34,709 bases of DNA from Reclinomonas americana ATCC 50394. Its lineage: Eukaryota. This document shows, one piece after another, positions 1 through 12,977 of this stretch. A program made the position numbers and the translations under genes. The notes beneath the pieces are model-generated. The model ran no database searches. It saw only the letters and a list, made by a program, of their open reading frames with translations, and had not been told where the DNA came from. The DNA lies in contig PS015731.1 in assembly GCA_048213135.1 (NCBI GenBank), positions 1 through 34,709 of the forward strand, given 5' to 3'. Every line of letters begins with the position of its first letter. Within the stretch, counting starts at the first letter, position 1.

Positions 1-1165
1 GTTGAATGGACACCAGCTTACCTCGCATCTCAATCCTCTCCACTGTGTAGGTGGCGCCTTCCCCGCCGAAGAGGTTGCCATGGTGGTGCCGATCGCCGGC
101 GTCGAGTCTTCTTTCTTGACGCAGGCAGTGTCGTGTGAAGTCGGCCGAGTGCGTTCGCTTCTCCTCCGCCGCCGACGCGCCTGCCTTGTGTGTCCTCTCT
201 CACTCGTCGTGACGTGGTGTGGCAGACACATCCCGATTACTATCCGGTGGTTGTTCTCGCCGAGCTGCTCTCACGCTCCGAGGGTCCGCTGTACGAACAC
301 ATTCGCGGTCGTGGCTACGCGTACGATGCACGGCTCGAACATGCTGCCTACTGGGGCCAGGCAAGTGTGCCACGCGCAGTCATCGCCTCACGATTCACAC
401 GTCTCACCTCACATCACACAGCTTTCGTTGTCGCTCTACGAGAGTTCGTCGCCATCCGAGGTTTGCTGCCTGCGCTCTTGTTCATTCGGCTGCCGGCGAG
501 TTCATGTTTGCGTTGTCTTCCACAGGCAATGGACATTATGCACCACGTCGTTCGCAACATTGAGGAGCACTTGACGGAGCACAACATTGCGAGTTGCGTG
601 CTGATGCTTTTGTGTGGTTTCCCACCAACTGGGAAGGATCTAAAAAAACAAGCACCACACACATACACACACAGCGGCCAAGTCGGCTCTCACCTATGCC
701 AAGTATGAGCGCTTGTCGACGCCAGCCGGTGTGCTCGTGCGTGATATGACGCGTTACCTGCTGGTCAGTGGCTGTCCACGTCTCGCGTGTGCGTGAGAGG
801 AGCGAAGCTCACTCCCCGCCTGTGTGTGTATTGTTCCCGTCCCGTAGCGTCTGCGTCTCGACGACGACGAGACCGATCGGGAGCAGTTGCGCCAGGTGTC
901 GCGTGAGGACTTGTTGCGGGTCTATCACCAGTACTTTACCAAGTTTTTCGAGCCGAGCGGGTGAGTGTGCTGGGTGGAATGTGGCTGGGTGTGTGTCCGC
1001 TCGCTCACGTGCATGTGCAGCCGGATCACGGTCGTCTCCACAAATCCCACCAAGCAAGTAGAGATTCAGGAGAAATTCAGCACTGCCACTGTGCGACTTT
1101 CACTCGCGGAGAGGACCATTGATGAGCTGTTGCTGCATCCCGCCCCCTCGGCACTGATAGAATGA
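1..1165 (+). CDS. M16 (insulinase-family) Zn metallopeptidase-like protein, 3' part; 5' end lies outside the window
   Basis: Spliced exons from about 51 read ...ELLSRSEGPLYEHIRGRGYAYDA...YWGQ|LSLSLYESSSPSE|AMDIMHH...LRQVSREDLLRVYHQYFTKFF...PSALIE* (TGA 1163-1165). 'PLYxxIRGxGxAY' and 'VSREDL' match the C-terminal half of M16 peptidases. Confidence 0.7.
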
Positions 1166-1222
1166 ACGTAGACATAGAATGTGTGCAACAACTCTCCTCC
1201 CCCTCACTCACTCAGTCTGTGA

Positions 1223-3358
1223 TCACTGCCGACGGAACGAGCGCACCAGCAGCACCGCGGCAAACACAGTCACACCCAACATGACGACGCACAGACCGAG
1301 CACAATGATCTTCTGCGCACGGCTGACTGGCGTCGGATCAGGATTCGGCGGCGACGAGCTGTCCAGGCTGAAGGCGTACAGCGAGGCACCAACGCTGTCG
1401 GTACCCGCAGTGCTGGCGTCCTCGGCCGACGTCGACGCAGCCAGGTACAGGTTGAAGTCGGGCATGTCGGTCGGCTGCTGCGTCGGATCCATGTCGGCCG
1501 CGGCCAGGTCCTCGTCACTCTCGGCCATGACGCTGAACTCGACAGGGTCGTAGGTTGCGGTCTTGTCGTTGGGCTTGGTGGGGCGACCGTGCGCAATGTT
1601 GCCGGACGGCAACGCAAACTGCGCAATGACATGCAAGTCGGTCGGGTCGACAACGATCAGCATGTTGTTCCTGCGCGTCTCGGAGTCAACACACTGGTCA
1701 TCGCGATCCGCACACTCAAGTGAAAAGAACGAAACATAAAGCCCGACTGTCCGCGCTCCCGAATGCTGACAGCCCACAGCAGCGCAAGACGACGGCCCAC
1801 ACGGCCACCGGGCATCATCGGGCGAGTCGGAATGACCACGTAGGTGAGTGCGGCCGAGCGCGACACACACTGCGTGCAGTTGGCCGCATCGAAAAAGTCG
1901 GCCGAATCCAACAGCGCCTCCTGCATGTGCGTCTGGCGGTTCATGCGCACAAGGCGCGCCGTGCCCATCGGCTCGACAGCCACAATCACCGACTGTGCCA
2001 TCCTGTTTGTGAAAAAACAACACACGGTTCAGTCAGTGAGCAACACATAACGATTGCGACAAGAAAGGNNNNNNNNNNNNNNNNNNNNCTCGTCAGCAGC
2101 ACACACCGATCGCCAGGGAGGATCTGGCGCACCGACGTCGGCTGCAGTGCATGTCCACAGCGTGAGCAAGAAAAAAACAAGCGAATATCATGCAGAGTCA
2201 GCAGACACACCAGCTCAAAGCTGCTATTGTAGGCCAACGTGGCAGCGTCGACGGCAATAATAAGAGGCGTGTGCTTGACCTTGTTGCACAGGGCGCAGTC
2301 GTTGCTGCATGTCACGCACTGCTGGAAAGCAGTCAGCAGCACCATATCTGCACACAACACGGTCAGGCACCACTCTCGCAGCGATCGTGAAGGAGCAGGC
2401 GAGACGAAACTCCTCCCCGGCAAGTACGCCGCGTTGAAAATGGCCGTGTTGCGGGCCATCGGCGGCGCGAACACGGAAGGCGGGCTGAAGACGGTGGCCG
2501 CCGGCGCCGGAGTAGCCGCCAGATCGATATTGACGAGGCACGACGAGGCCACAGCTGTGTGGAGAAATTGATCACACAAGTGAGCGTGCGCGCGCAGGCT
2601 TGGCGAGACAAAAAAAGAAACGCCCTCCCCACGTACCAGTGAGCACCTGCGCCTGCTTCTGGTACAACAGATGCTCGTAGCCGGTGCAGTTGACGCGCGC
2701 CTCGTCGCCTCCCGGTCCCGCAGGCGGCGCCACCTCCACCTTGGGCAGCAGCATGCGAGTCTGCACATTGAAGCGCAACAGCGTGCCAGTGTTGCGATCA
2801 ATGATGAACAGCGTGTGCAACTCGGGCACATAGCGCAGCGCGCCCGGGCAGAAGCCGGNNNNNNNNNNNNNNNNNNNNCCACTGCGGCCGTCAACTCCGC
2901 CTCCTGTGTGTCGCGTGAGTCACGCAAAGCGTGCATGTGAGAGAGGGAAGACGTCGACGCACTGTATCAGGCTGCGAGATGGTCGCGCCAGTGAACGAGT
3001 GCAGCGTGGAGCGGCGGCATGATCCTGTCGCGTTGTCACGATCCTCACTGACAGCAAACACGCGACCGGCAATCGCCACTGAGAGCGAGCGAGTGGCGTG
3101 AGTGAGAGACTGTGTGTGTGTAAGGGCAAGTGCGCAGAAGTGCTCACCGAGACGACGCAGTGGGCGAGACAGGGGCGCCTGTGCACAAAGCAGCAAGTGT
3201 GTTAGTGCCACTTGGCAAAAAGTTCGGAGATGCAAACGCACTTGATTGTGCAGGTAGAGACCCGGCTGCCCCTCGGAAGGCGGCGGCATCTGTGCCTGAG
3301 CAGCGCACACGCACAGAGCAAAGAGGGAGAGGGCGAGGAGGAGAATGCAAGCGCGCAT
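1223..3358 (-). CDS. Type I membrane / secreted protein of unknown family, multi-exon
   Basis: ATG 3358 opens a signal peptide (MRACILLLALSLFALCVCAAQA). The exons are beta-rich and Cys-containing. A C-terminal TM helix IIVLGLCVVMLGVTVFAAVLLV is followed by RSFRRQ*. Two N-gaps lie inside the gene. Confidence 0.6.
2069..2088. other. Assembly gap (20 N)
   Basis: Run of n characters. Confidence 0.99.
2859..2878. other. Assembly gap (20 N)
   Basis: Run of n characters. Confidence 0.99.
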
Positions 3359-3424
3359 TGTCGAACAAAGAGAAATTGAAGATGGACATTGCTCGCACCG
3401 ATTTGTCACTACAATCCCAGCGCG

Positions 3425-5048
3425 ATGTGAGCGCAGTCAGCCCTTCTCTCTGCCTCGTTGTGCATGCATCTCACCCTCCCTTCCCCATACAGGCAACACG
3501 ACGAGGTCATATGGCAAGTCATTAACAATGGCTTCTGCTCGTTCAAAGTCAAGTTGCGTGTCACTCTCTCGCTCTGAGTGTGTATGTTGCAGAGAGAGAC
3601 AGAGCAAGTGGAGACGAGATGCATGCATGCTAGTGTGCCAACGAGCGAGATTGCACGCGGAGAGGGCGTTTGGTTGTTGCACGTGCACATGCACATGCAC
3701 ACCTGCACATGGCCGACCCCTCACTCTCTTTCTTTGTGCAGAACGACGACGCAGAACTTTTGTCGCAACAAGTTCAACTTGACTGGTCTCTGCAATCGCC
3801 AGTCGTGCCCGCTGGCCAACAGCAGATATGCGACCATTCGTGAGGAGCGCGGTCAGATTTACTTGTTCATGAAGACGATTGAGCGTGCACACATGCCGGC
3901 CAAGTTGTGGGAGAAGGTCAAGCTGCCGAAGAACTTTACAGAAGCGCTGACGATTGTTGCGTACGGCGCGAGAAAATGGGAAATCTGAGCAAGCGGGGAA
4001 AGCAGGAACGGAGACTGATTTTTTCGTGTGTGGTTGCAACAGATCAACCAGAACTTGCGCTACTGGCCCAAGTACATTCGCAACAAGGCCAAGCAGCGCT
4101 TTGTGCGCATCACGCAGTACCTGATCCGCATGCGGCGATTGCGACACAAGATCCAGTTGCGTCGACTCGGGGAGATGTGCAATGATGCTGCTGCATTTGT
4201 CGACTGACTTTTTGTGCAGACCAAAGCTCGTGCGCGTGCACAAGAAGGTGGAGAGAAGAGAGGCGCGGCGCGAGGCCAAGGCCGAGGCAGCAGCGCATCT
4301 GGAGAAGGCGATTGAGAAGGAGCTGCTGGAGAGGCTATCAAAGGGCACCTACCCGGAGATTCTGAACTATCCGCGCAAGGCGTACGAGGCCATTCTGGAG
4401 AAGGAGGCCGGGAAGCAGCTGGGTCGCGTCGGTGAAGAAGACGACGACGATGGCGAGGACGAGAGCGAGTTGGAGACAGAGGATGAGTCGGTGATGGAGG
4501 ACGGGGATGAAGATGATGAGGAGGAGGAGGTGGAGGAGGACGACGAGGAGGAATACGTGGTCGACGAGGATGACCTGTCCGACATGGAAGACTGTTGCGT
4601 TTGGTGGCGATGCTCTGCGAGCGTGCACTGCAGGCTCTCATGCATTGTTCGTGGCAGTCGATGTGGAAAAGGAGCTGGAGGAGTACTCGGAGGAGGACTC
4701 GGATCTGGAAGGCAGAAGCAGTGACGAGGATGGAGACAGCGACGACAGTGATGTGGGAGACAGCGATGACGAGGACGGTGATGATGACGATGACGACGAT
4801 GGCGCGCCACCTAGGAAACGCGCCAAGACCGGTGCGGCGGGCGGTAAGAAGGGCAAGGCCGCGCCGCCACCCAAGAAGCCAATCGCACGCAAACGTTGCG
4901 TCCCACTCGCCTGTGTTTTCCCTTTTTTTCCACGTGTTTTTCACACATGTATCCATCTACAGGTCGTCCGCACATTGAGATCGAGTACGAGCACGAGCCT
5001 GCCACCTCCACCCAGACATCAGCAGGCCGCGGCGGATCACGGCGCTAA
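3425..5048 (+). CDS. MAK16: 60S ribosome biogenesis protein MAK16 (7 exons)
   Basis: The spliced product [56 protein letters not shown]...[18 protein letters not shown]...[28 protein letters not shown], acidic tract, ...[11 protein letters not shown]...* carries the MAK16 hallmark motifs. Introns start at 3427, 3553, 3956, 4156, 4594 and 4895. Confidence 0.96.
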
Positions 5049-5183
5049 TCAGAGTAACGAATACACAAAACACAATTGTGCTGCGTTTCGATTTGTGTAC
5101 ATTTCGGGTCAGGGTCACATTGGATATACCTCGTGGTGTGTGTTGTGTGCAATGGGCATGCGCGACACACAACAGCCAAGCGG

Positions 5184-6136
5184 TCACCACCGGTCGCGTG
5201 GCCGCAGGCCCGTGACCTATTTTGCGTGCAAGAAAACAATCGTGAGCAGAGCGAAGTACCGCCAGGCGCTTTTTCTTGCTTCACATACCGGCTTGATGGG
5301 CTCGCCAGTGAGTGGATTGTAGCCGGCGGGGTTCTCCATGCGCTGCAATCTTTGGGCGCGCATCGTCGCTCGCTCCTGCGACGGTAAGTGTGAGCAACGA
5401 GCAACTCTCGTGTGTGCACGAGAGACGCACCACAGCCTTGGCGTCCTGTTCCTGCATGAGACGCTGCTCCTCGGTACTCTTCGGCTGCTGCGACACCAAA
5501 TCGTAGCGCACACTCGACACGTTGGTCTTGGAGGTGCCACGCAGCGCGTCCCACCGCTCCGAATCCTGCTTCTCGGCCTCCTCCATGGCCTTCCACCGGT
5601 CCTCATCGCGATTCCGCCGAGACTCGCTACAAGGGGGTAAGAACCGAAAAAGAGAGGAGGACAGGGAGAGAGAGAGAGAGAGACTGACCGAGTGGCATCG
5701 TACTGTCGCTGCTTCCGCTCATACTCCTGTCGTCGACGAATCGCATCCTGCCCCGCCACGTCCGTGTTGAAGCGGTCTGACTCTGCTCGCGCCACACAGA
5801 GGCATGAGCTCACGCAACGCAGACAACAAGACAGAGAGAGAGAGAGAGCGACACACGCACCATCCACATACGCCGTCGAATCCCTCGTCACAAACACACT
5901 CTCCTCTGGATCATATCGTGTGAATCCCTCCCGTCGATCCGCCAGTCGCCGCTTCTCCAACAGATCCTTGTCACCCATCTGAGAGAGAAGACAACCACAC
6001 ACACACACAGAGAGTGAGAAAGTGTCTGGCGTGTGTGTGATCAAAATGACCACGCAACTGCTCGCCGCTCTTGCCGATCACGAGGGCGAATGTAGTTGAA
6101 GCCATAGGCTGAAGGCGAGGCAGAAGCTGAGGCCAT
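5184..6136 (-). CDS. Hypothetical charged helical protein (possibly cilium/microtubule-associated)
   Basis: Spliced: MASASASPSAYGFNYIRPRDRQERRA|MGDKDLLEKRRLADRREGFTRYDP...ESDRFNTDVAGQDAIRRRQEYERKQ...SSVRYDLVSQQ...ENPAGYNPLTGEPIKP|VTGLRPRDRW*. The function is a guess. Confidence 0.65.
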
Positions 6137-6203
6137 CTTGCGCACACTCACTCACACCAAGCAACGTCGCTCTGATGACTCATCACCTCGCATCTGTCCC
6201 CTC

Positions 6204-7917
6204 ATGGCCGACGACAATGTGCGCACATCGCTGCTGCAGCTCATTGGCGAGTTCATCGAAGTGTGCACGCATCATATACTCGCTGTGCGCGGCGTGTATG
6301 CACCGGGTTGCGTAAAACACACACACACACACACACACACAAGTAAGAGTCACTCTGTCAATGTTGTCTCTCTCTTGTTGCAGAGTTGTTCTCGTCGCGT
6401 GGCATGTACCACCGTGCAGTGTGGATGTGTCGACACGAGGTGCTGCGTGAGTACATTGCCGAGTATGTTCGCGATGTGCCATTTGTGTTGGATCGGTGCT
6501 TGGCGTGCATGGTGGAGCTGGTGGTGTGCTCGGCCGAGGATGGGCGGCGACTGGAGAGCACTGTGTTTGAGGTGCTCTCTCTCTCTCTCTCACATTCGCT
6601 GTCTCTCTTCGCTCACACTTTCCGGGGGCGCGCTCGCAGATCGATATGTCGCAGGCGCCGGGCTTCGTCTCCGAAGCCGACGCGATGCCGGTCGACTTTC
6701 ACCAGCTGTTCCTGTCGTTTGGCAGTATCATTGCGCGTCTGAATGCGGTGGCGGCGGCTGAGTTGAGGCCGGTCGGGGAGCATGAGCAGCGCGAGTTTCG
6801 CCTGTTTGTCAGCACTCCTGGCGACGGTACGGTTGCGTGTGTGCTCTTTCACCTCTCCCTGCTCGCACAGCTCATCGCATCACTGGCTGGCGCAGCATCG
6901 CTGGTGGACGCCGTGGTCGGAGACCCGCTGGGGCGTGGAAACGAGGCACACAACGAGTTTCTGCAGAGGTGGGTGGTGGAGGAGTTTGACGAGCACGGTG
7001 GCGTCGCCACCATGCGACTCGGAGCAGACGATGCAGGTGATTTGTTGGCCTCTGCCGATGGCGGCTATCCGTCGGTGTCGTTGTCGTCGCTGGTGTCGCC
7101 GCCACCGGAGACACTCGCACCGCAGCCTGTGTCGCAGTTGCGTAGCTGAGGTCAAGTCGCCGACCGACCTGTTGGCTCCGCGCTGATGCATGCCAGCTGT
7201 GCAGGGAGGATCCTCCGTCGTCACCAGTGGCCATTACACAGCACGACGATGTGTTGCTGGAGAGCTCACCGCCGGCGCACCCTTCGACCGGTGACGAAGC
7301 GGAAATGGCCGTAGATGACGGCGACGATGCGATGGGTGAAGAGGGAGATGATGAAGAAGACGACGAAGACGGAGGAGGAGGAGGAAGAGGTGCGTGCCTC
7401 TGACAGTGTGTGTCGGGATCCGCGCGACTGATTTTCGGCGTGCAGCAATGTTGCACGACCAGGAGGATGTGGTCCACCAGGTGCACGCGGACGCTCAATC
7501 GCCAGAGCGAGACCCACGTGCTGCAGTGGCGGCCGACGATGCTGTTGCGTGTATGTTATCACATCGCCTGCATGCGACTTCCTGTACTCACCACCACGAG
7601 TGCCACGCAGGCGATTGCGGAGGAGACGTCGGGCCATAGCATACAGATTCTGACGCATGTGTCGGCGCATGTGGCCAGCGACGACGGTGTTGAGGGGTCT
7701 CATGGCGGTGCTGGAGGAGAAGAAGCGGAGGTGACGGTGCGCACAATTGCCAAGGCCATGGTTGGTTGATGTGAGACTGGCACCTCTCACAATGTGTGTG
7801 ATGCGCGCAGTGGACAGTGATACCAGTGCGGTCCATGGAGCACCCGTTCTCCCTCCACGTCTTCTTCCGACAGAGGCATCCGCCTGCTGCCGCCTAGAAG
7901 TGACGCTCTTTTGTTGA
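6204..7917 (+). CDS. HORMA-domain protein, REV7/MAD2L2-like, with a long acidic insertion
   Basis: The N-terminus GEFIEVCTHHILAVRGVYAP|ELFSSRGMYHRAVWMCRHEVLREYI...LESTVFE resembles REV7 (FLEVAxHxILYxRxxYPxxxF...HPxLxxYI...E.FVFE). The reading frame continues past the apparent TGA at 7147-7149 through an intron starting at 7137. The last exon (ending RLEVTLFC*) is less certain. Confidence 0.75.
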
Positions 7918-7936
7918 CGATGATTTCTGTTTTCAT

Positions 7937-10900
7937 TCATGACGCTGGGCGCGGCGATTTCGGCGGTGGCGGCAATGTCTTGGCGCGCTTCTCGGCCGCC
8001 ACCTCCACCGCCTGTCTCCGCCGCTCGAGCATGGCTGCAAGCTCGCGCTCCTCCAGGCGCCGTCGCTTGTCCATGTTGCGAATTGTTGCTCGCATCTCGG
8101 GTGTGGTCCTCGTGTGCTCCTGCAGCAGCGTGAGCTGGCGCAACGCACTGCCTGAATACTCGGCGCACCGTGCCAGTGGCATTCGTTTGACCGACGTCAC
8201 ACCCGTGGCCATGTCCACCTCCAGCGGTTGTCGCAATTGGCTGCCCTCCATGTCGGCCGCCGACACTCGTCCCACATTGTGATGCTTGAAGCCACCGCCG
8301 TTGACGCGTGGGCGTACTCGTTTCTCCGGGCACAGTACGAGGGGATCATCGTGACTGAGTGGAGCGCACACAGTCTTGTACTTGCGCGCCAGTTGTGCCG
8401 CACTGGCCTCCCAGAAGCGTGACTGCAGCAGGTCCTGCTCAGCTTGCGCCACGCCGGCGTCTCGATCCTTCAGTGGCTCCAGGTCTGAGAGGGAGTCAGC
8501 CACACGGAGAAGACAAGACGACGGCCACACACAGCACGCAACATCGATGCAACGGATCCACCGATGTGGCGCGCAAGTGTCGCTTGACAGGACCCTGCGT
8601 CAGGCGCGAGCTGCCAATGGTGGTTGAGGCTGCTGATTGTGGTCGATCGCTGGGCAGCGAACGACCGGTCGTGCGTGCCGAGGAGCGTGAGCGCGCAGTG
8701 GCGGCCGACTGAGCGGCCGAGAGCACAGCTGTCATTTTCGGTGACACCAGCATGGGGTCGTGGACGTCTAGTTTGCCGTCGTCGACGACAATGCCGTCGT
8801 CGTCAACCTCCAGGACCAGTAGCAGGTCGTCGGCCTCCTGCGTTTTTGTCTTCTTCTTCGTCGTCGTCGTCGTCTTCTTCTTGGTCGACGCCTTGCTCTT
8901 TGCTGAGCTCTTGCCTCTGGACGTTGAGTTCGGCGCCGACTCCTGTCTTCCCCCTGATCCGTCGCCACCTTGCGGCGACTCAATTTCGAGCTGACCCAGT
9001 GCCTCCAGGTGCATGTTGGTCAACTCGGTCTTGAGCGACTGCAGGCTGGACAAGTAGCCGATGGTGCTGCTGTTGGCTGTCTGCGGCCGACTGCGCCGGC
9101 TGCTGGCTGTGCGTGGACGACTGCTGTTGGTGTGCGCCGACGAGAGTGTGGAGTTTGCCGAGGGCGGACGTCGCATTGGTGACGACGCTGTCTTGAGCAT
9201 GTCGGCAGCCGGCGCCAGGTTGACGTCCGAGATTTGGTTCAGACGATAGGGTGAAACGGTGGCCAGCGACGATAGCAAGCGCGGTGGCAGTTCTCCATAG
9301 TGGATCTGCAACACGACAAAAGTGAGCCAATGCAATTGATTATGAGATGCATCGCCACTCTCGACGCAACGTCGGCCAGCTCCGCCATGTGCTTGATGTT
9401 GAGGACAGCCGTACCGTTGCTACAGCAGAGTGAGACGGCGCACTTAGATTCTTTGGGAGCGATGGCGGTACGCAACGGTCGCGTGGCAGAAGCCGATCGA
9501 GCACGCTTGCTGGTGGCGGCACTGGCTGGCGCCTGTGAGGCCGTCGCACTGCGAGGAGTTGTTGTTGCTTGAGAGAGGCGATTATTTCTGGAAGAGAGGA
9601 GTGGGACGGCACGTAACTCTTCGCCCGCTCGATGGCGCTGCTTGTTGCTGGGCGAGATGACCGGAAACGGAAAGTCGATTTGGCTCAGGATTTTCATCTC
9701 CCGCAACAAGTCACCACGAGTAAAGAGTGCGCGCTGTTGTGTCTCCAGTGTCGCAGCCTGTTCGGTCTGCAACATGCAACTTTTTCCGTGAGCAGCTATC
9801 CGTGGAGAAATATGTGCGCACGCCGCCGTACCTGCGACGCCTGCTTTGTCGAACGCACAACGGTGCTCTTGATGGACTTTTTCGTCTCCACCAGCGAGTT
9901 GGTGCCCGACATCGTGGACAGATCGGCCAGCAGCGAGTTGGCCCACTCCTGCACCATGTCGTTGTCGATCAACAGGTCTTCGTCGTCAAGATCGATTTTC
10001 ATCAACGACCCCTCGAGGGGCGCCACCTCGTCCTGGCCCGCAACCGTGGCTGGTGACAGTATTCCGCCGTGCTGGGGCCTGTCGTCGTCGCCGGCCACCT
10101 AATGCACCGGTCAGCTACACATCGGAAGAGTACAAGGAGACAGGCGACAGCCTCTCCAACCTCGTCATCGGCCACACTGGAATCCAGCTCCGACACATCG
10201 AGCATGTGACGGGCGGTTGCATGTCTCACAAGCCCCGTGAGTTCTGCGTGCATCACAGTGGCGCGTCAACCAGAAGTCACTGCTACTGCCTCTCCTCTTC
10301 ATCCTCCACTCACCATTGGCGACCAGGGCCACCGCATGGGTCACCCCAGCGGCCACCATGAGCACCATACGCCCGAGAAATGCACGCACCGGTCGCGGCA
10401 CCTCCACCACGTCGAGCATGCGGCCGTAACCGAGCTGACCCGAACTTCCCTCACCCCACGTAAACACACGCCCCAAGTCTACGCCGGCACACGGGTTACA
10501 CAACTCGACTCGTGGAGTGGGTGACGTACATTGAGCGCGCAACGCAACTGGTGAGAGCGCACGAGAAGCGAGCACCGCACGCCACCTGCACAACGTGATG
10601 ATTGCGCAACAAGTTGACAGCCTGCGGTGTCTGCTGTGGGTGCAGATTCAAGATCCCCAGCTGGCCGTAGTTGTTTTCGCCGCACGCAAACACCCGTCCG
10701 TCATCTGTCGCAAATCCAACTGAGCGTCAATCACGAAGAGGAGACCCTGCACGCACAAAAGATACCTGTGCACAATACGGTGTGCGCTTCGCCTGCGGCT
10801 ACCGAGACGAAGCGTGCGTTGCTGACGGATATGCGTTTGGGGTCGAGACTGCGATGCACCGCCGAGCCGATGCCCAGTTGTCCGCGACTGTTGAGGCCAC

Positions 10901-12141
10901 ATGCATAGGCCTTGCCAGTCTCTGCCAATTGTGTGCCATCGATGAACAACGAGAGACGCACGCTTCGAAGACGGAGGGACGCACCAGTGACAAACACGGT
11001 GTGCATGTTGCCGAGAGCGGCAAAGCTCACACGATCACGAATGGCCGACACCAACGTGGGCGTGAGCCGAGAACCGATATTGCCGAGTCCGAGAGCGCCC
11101 TCGGGATTCATGCCCCACGAGAAAGCAAGGCCAGCCGCTGCGTACCGTGACGGTGTGAACTCAAAAGTGAAAGCTACGGATCGATTGGGCGAGCGTGCGC
11201 AACTCGACACGAGCACATATCGCGCAGGTCCACAGTGGATGGAGCGCACAGACTGCTCCATGGGAATCGACACTTGTCGCGCATCAAAGGGGGCGATCAG
11301 CGGCTCCGCCAGCGCAGCCATGCGCAAGGCCACGGGTGCAACTTGCGGCATGCCAACAACCATGTTCTTGCCTGCACAGTTGAAAAAAAAGACACGTGAG
11401 AGGAACACCAAGCACCACCACCTCGCACGCCTCACGCACTGGGAGACTCGCTGTGCAGGCACCGCAGAAAGTGTGAGCGACATCTGCACATGTTTGCAGC
11501 GAGAGAGAGAGACGGAACCTGAACGACGCCATGAGTGTGTCAGCCCGGATCTTGTCGACCGCCTGCACACGCAGATCGTTCTCCACTCGCTCATCCTGCA
11601 GCGCCTTTGCAATGTCGCTGACCGCAAACTGCCACACCTCTCCCTTGGTCGTCAACACCAGCACGTAGTCACTGTTGCAACTGACCTGCACGCCGTCGCC
11701 ACCATGGATTAGGGAGAGCGCGAGAGAGTGAATGTGAGAGCGAGGTCACCTGCGAAAAGGTCTCGTTCTGCAGCTGTCGGATCGTGTGTGGAGTCGGCAC
11801 ACTGTGGAAACCACCCTCGATGCCACCGGCGATGAAGAGACTTCCACTGGCTGTCTCCGCACTCGAGAGTGTCAGAGTCGAAACCGCCGCAGACACACAC
11901 ACACACTCTCTCTCACACACACACACGAGCGCACCAGAGATGGCCACTGTGATTGTGGTGCCTGCACTGATCCATGTGAACTGCTGGCCGGCCACGGTGT
12001 CGACCACCGTCGGCACAATCGCGTGTTCCAGGGCGCCCAGCCCGAGCTGAAGTGCGTGTTAGTGATGAAAGGGAGAAAGAGAGTTTGTGTTCTGCGCACC
12101 TGGCCCACAGAGTTGTCACCCCACGCAAACAAGTCGCCCAT
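7937..12141 (-). CDS. RCC1-repeat beta-propeller protein with a long low-complexity/coiled-coil C-terminus
   Basis: Repeated RCC1 motifs: LFAWGDNSVGQ|LG, FSWGMNPEGALGLG, AYACGLNSRGQLGIG, VFACGENNYGQLG, VFTWGEGSSGQLGYG, VAAGEAHTV, VAAGVTHAV. The downstream exons appear to splice on to PKSPRPAS* (7937). Joining them into one gene is partly inferred. Confidence 0.8.
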
Positions 12142-12363
12142 GACCAGGGCGAGGCCGTGTCTTTCCTCTCTCTCTCTCTCTCTCCTCCTGTGTGTGTTTG
12201 AACCAATGCACAACGGCACGCGTCGAGTTGTTCGCTTAGCGATATCTGATATTGCTTTCATTTTCCGCGCGCGCCCGTATTGTTCCTCTGCTCATAGAGT
12301 GGGGGGAGAGAGCAGGCAGCTCGGTTGCTCGGGGCGGGGAAGGGTGCACGTGACACATTTTTT

Positions 12364-12927
12364 TCAGAGCTTGTACGCGGCGGCCAGCTTGTCAATGGCT
12401 TGCAGGAGCTTCGCGGCCTCGGCCTCGTCGACCACTTGCTGCGCGCGCGCGCACACAAATGACATTCACCCACATGCACCAAAGCAAGGTACTCTCACAA
12501 AGAAGAGGGAGTGTACCTTGCACTTCATGGCCTGTCGCATGGCGGCGTGATGCAGGGCAACGCGCTCCAAGTACGCTCCGCGGTCACCCGCAAAGTCCTC
12601 CTCCTTGACTCGCTGGCACAAAAAGTAGTAGCCAATCCTGCGCAGCGACGGAGACACAACTGCGTCGTCAGAGAGAGCGAGCGAGCGAGGAAGACTGTGC
12701 AGAGGCAACACGGAAACTCGTTGATAATGTGGTCCGCATGCTCCTCCTTGACCGTCACCCTGCATGCAAAGAATCCGCACACAGTGAGACGACAACAGTG
12801 ACGGTGGTGAGCAGCGGTAGAGCACTCTGCTGTGCGCGGACCATCGGACGGCCTGGTTGAAGTCGAGCGGGTTGTGACTGCCGGCCACATGGTTGATCTC
12901 GTGCATGGCTTTGCGAATCGTTGTCTG

Positions 12928-12977
<50 letters not shown>

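Noticed and set aside
7266-8333. 355-aa - strand ORF
   Set aside because: It combines an off-frame read of the last RCC1-gene exon with the antisense of the HORMA gene 3' exons, and has no recognisable protein features
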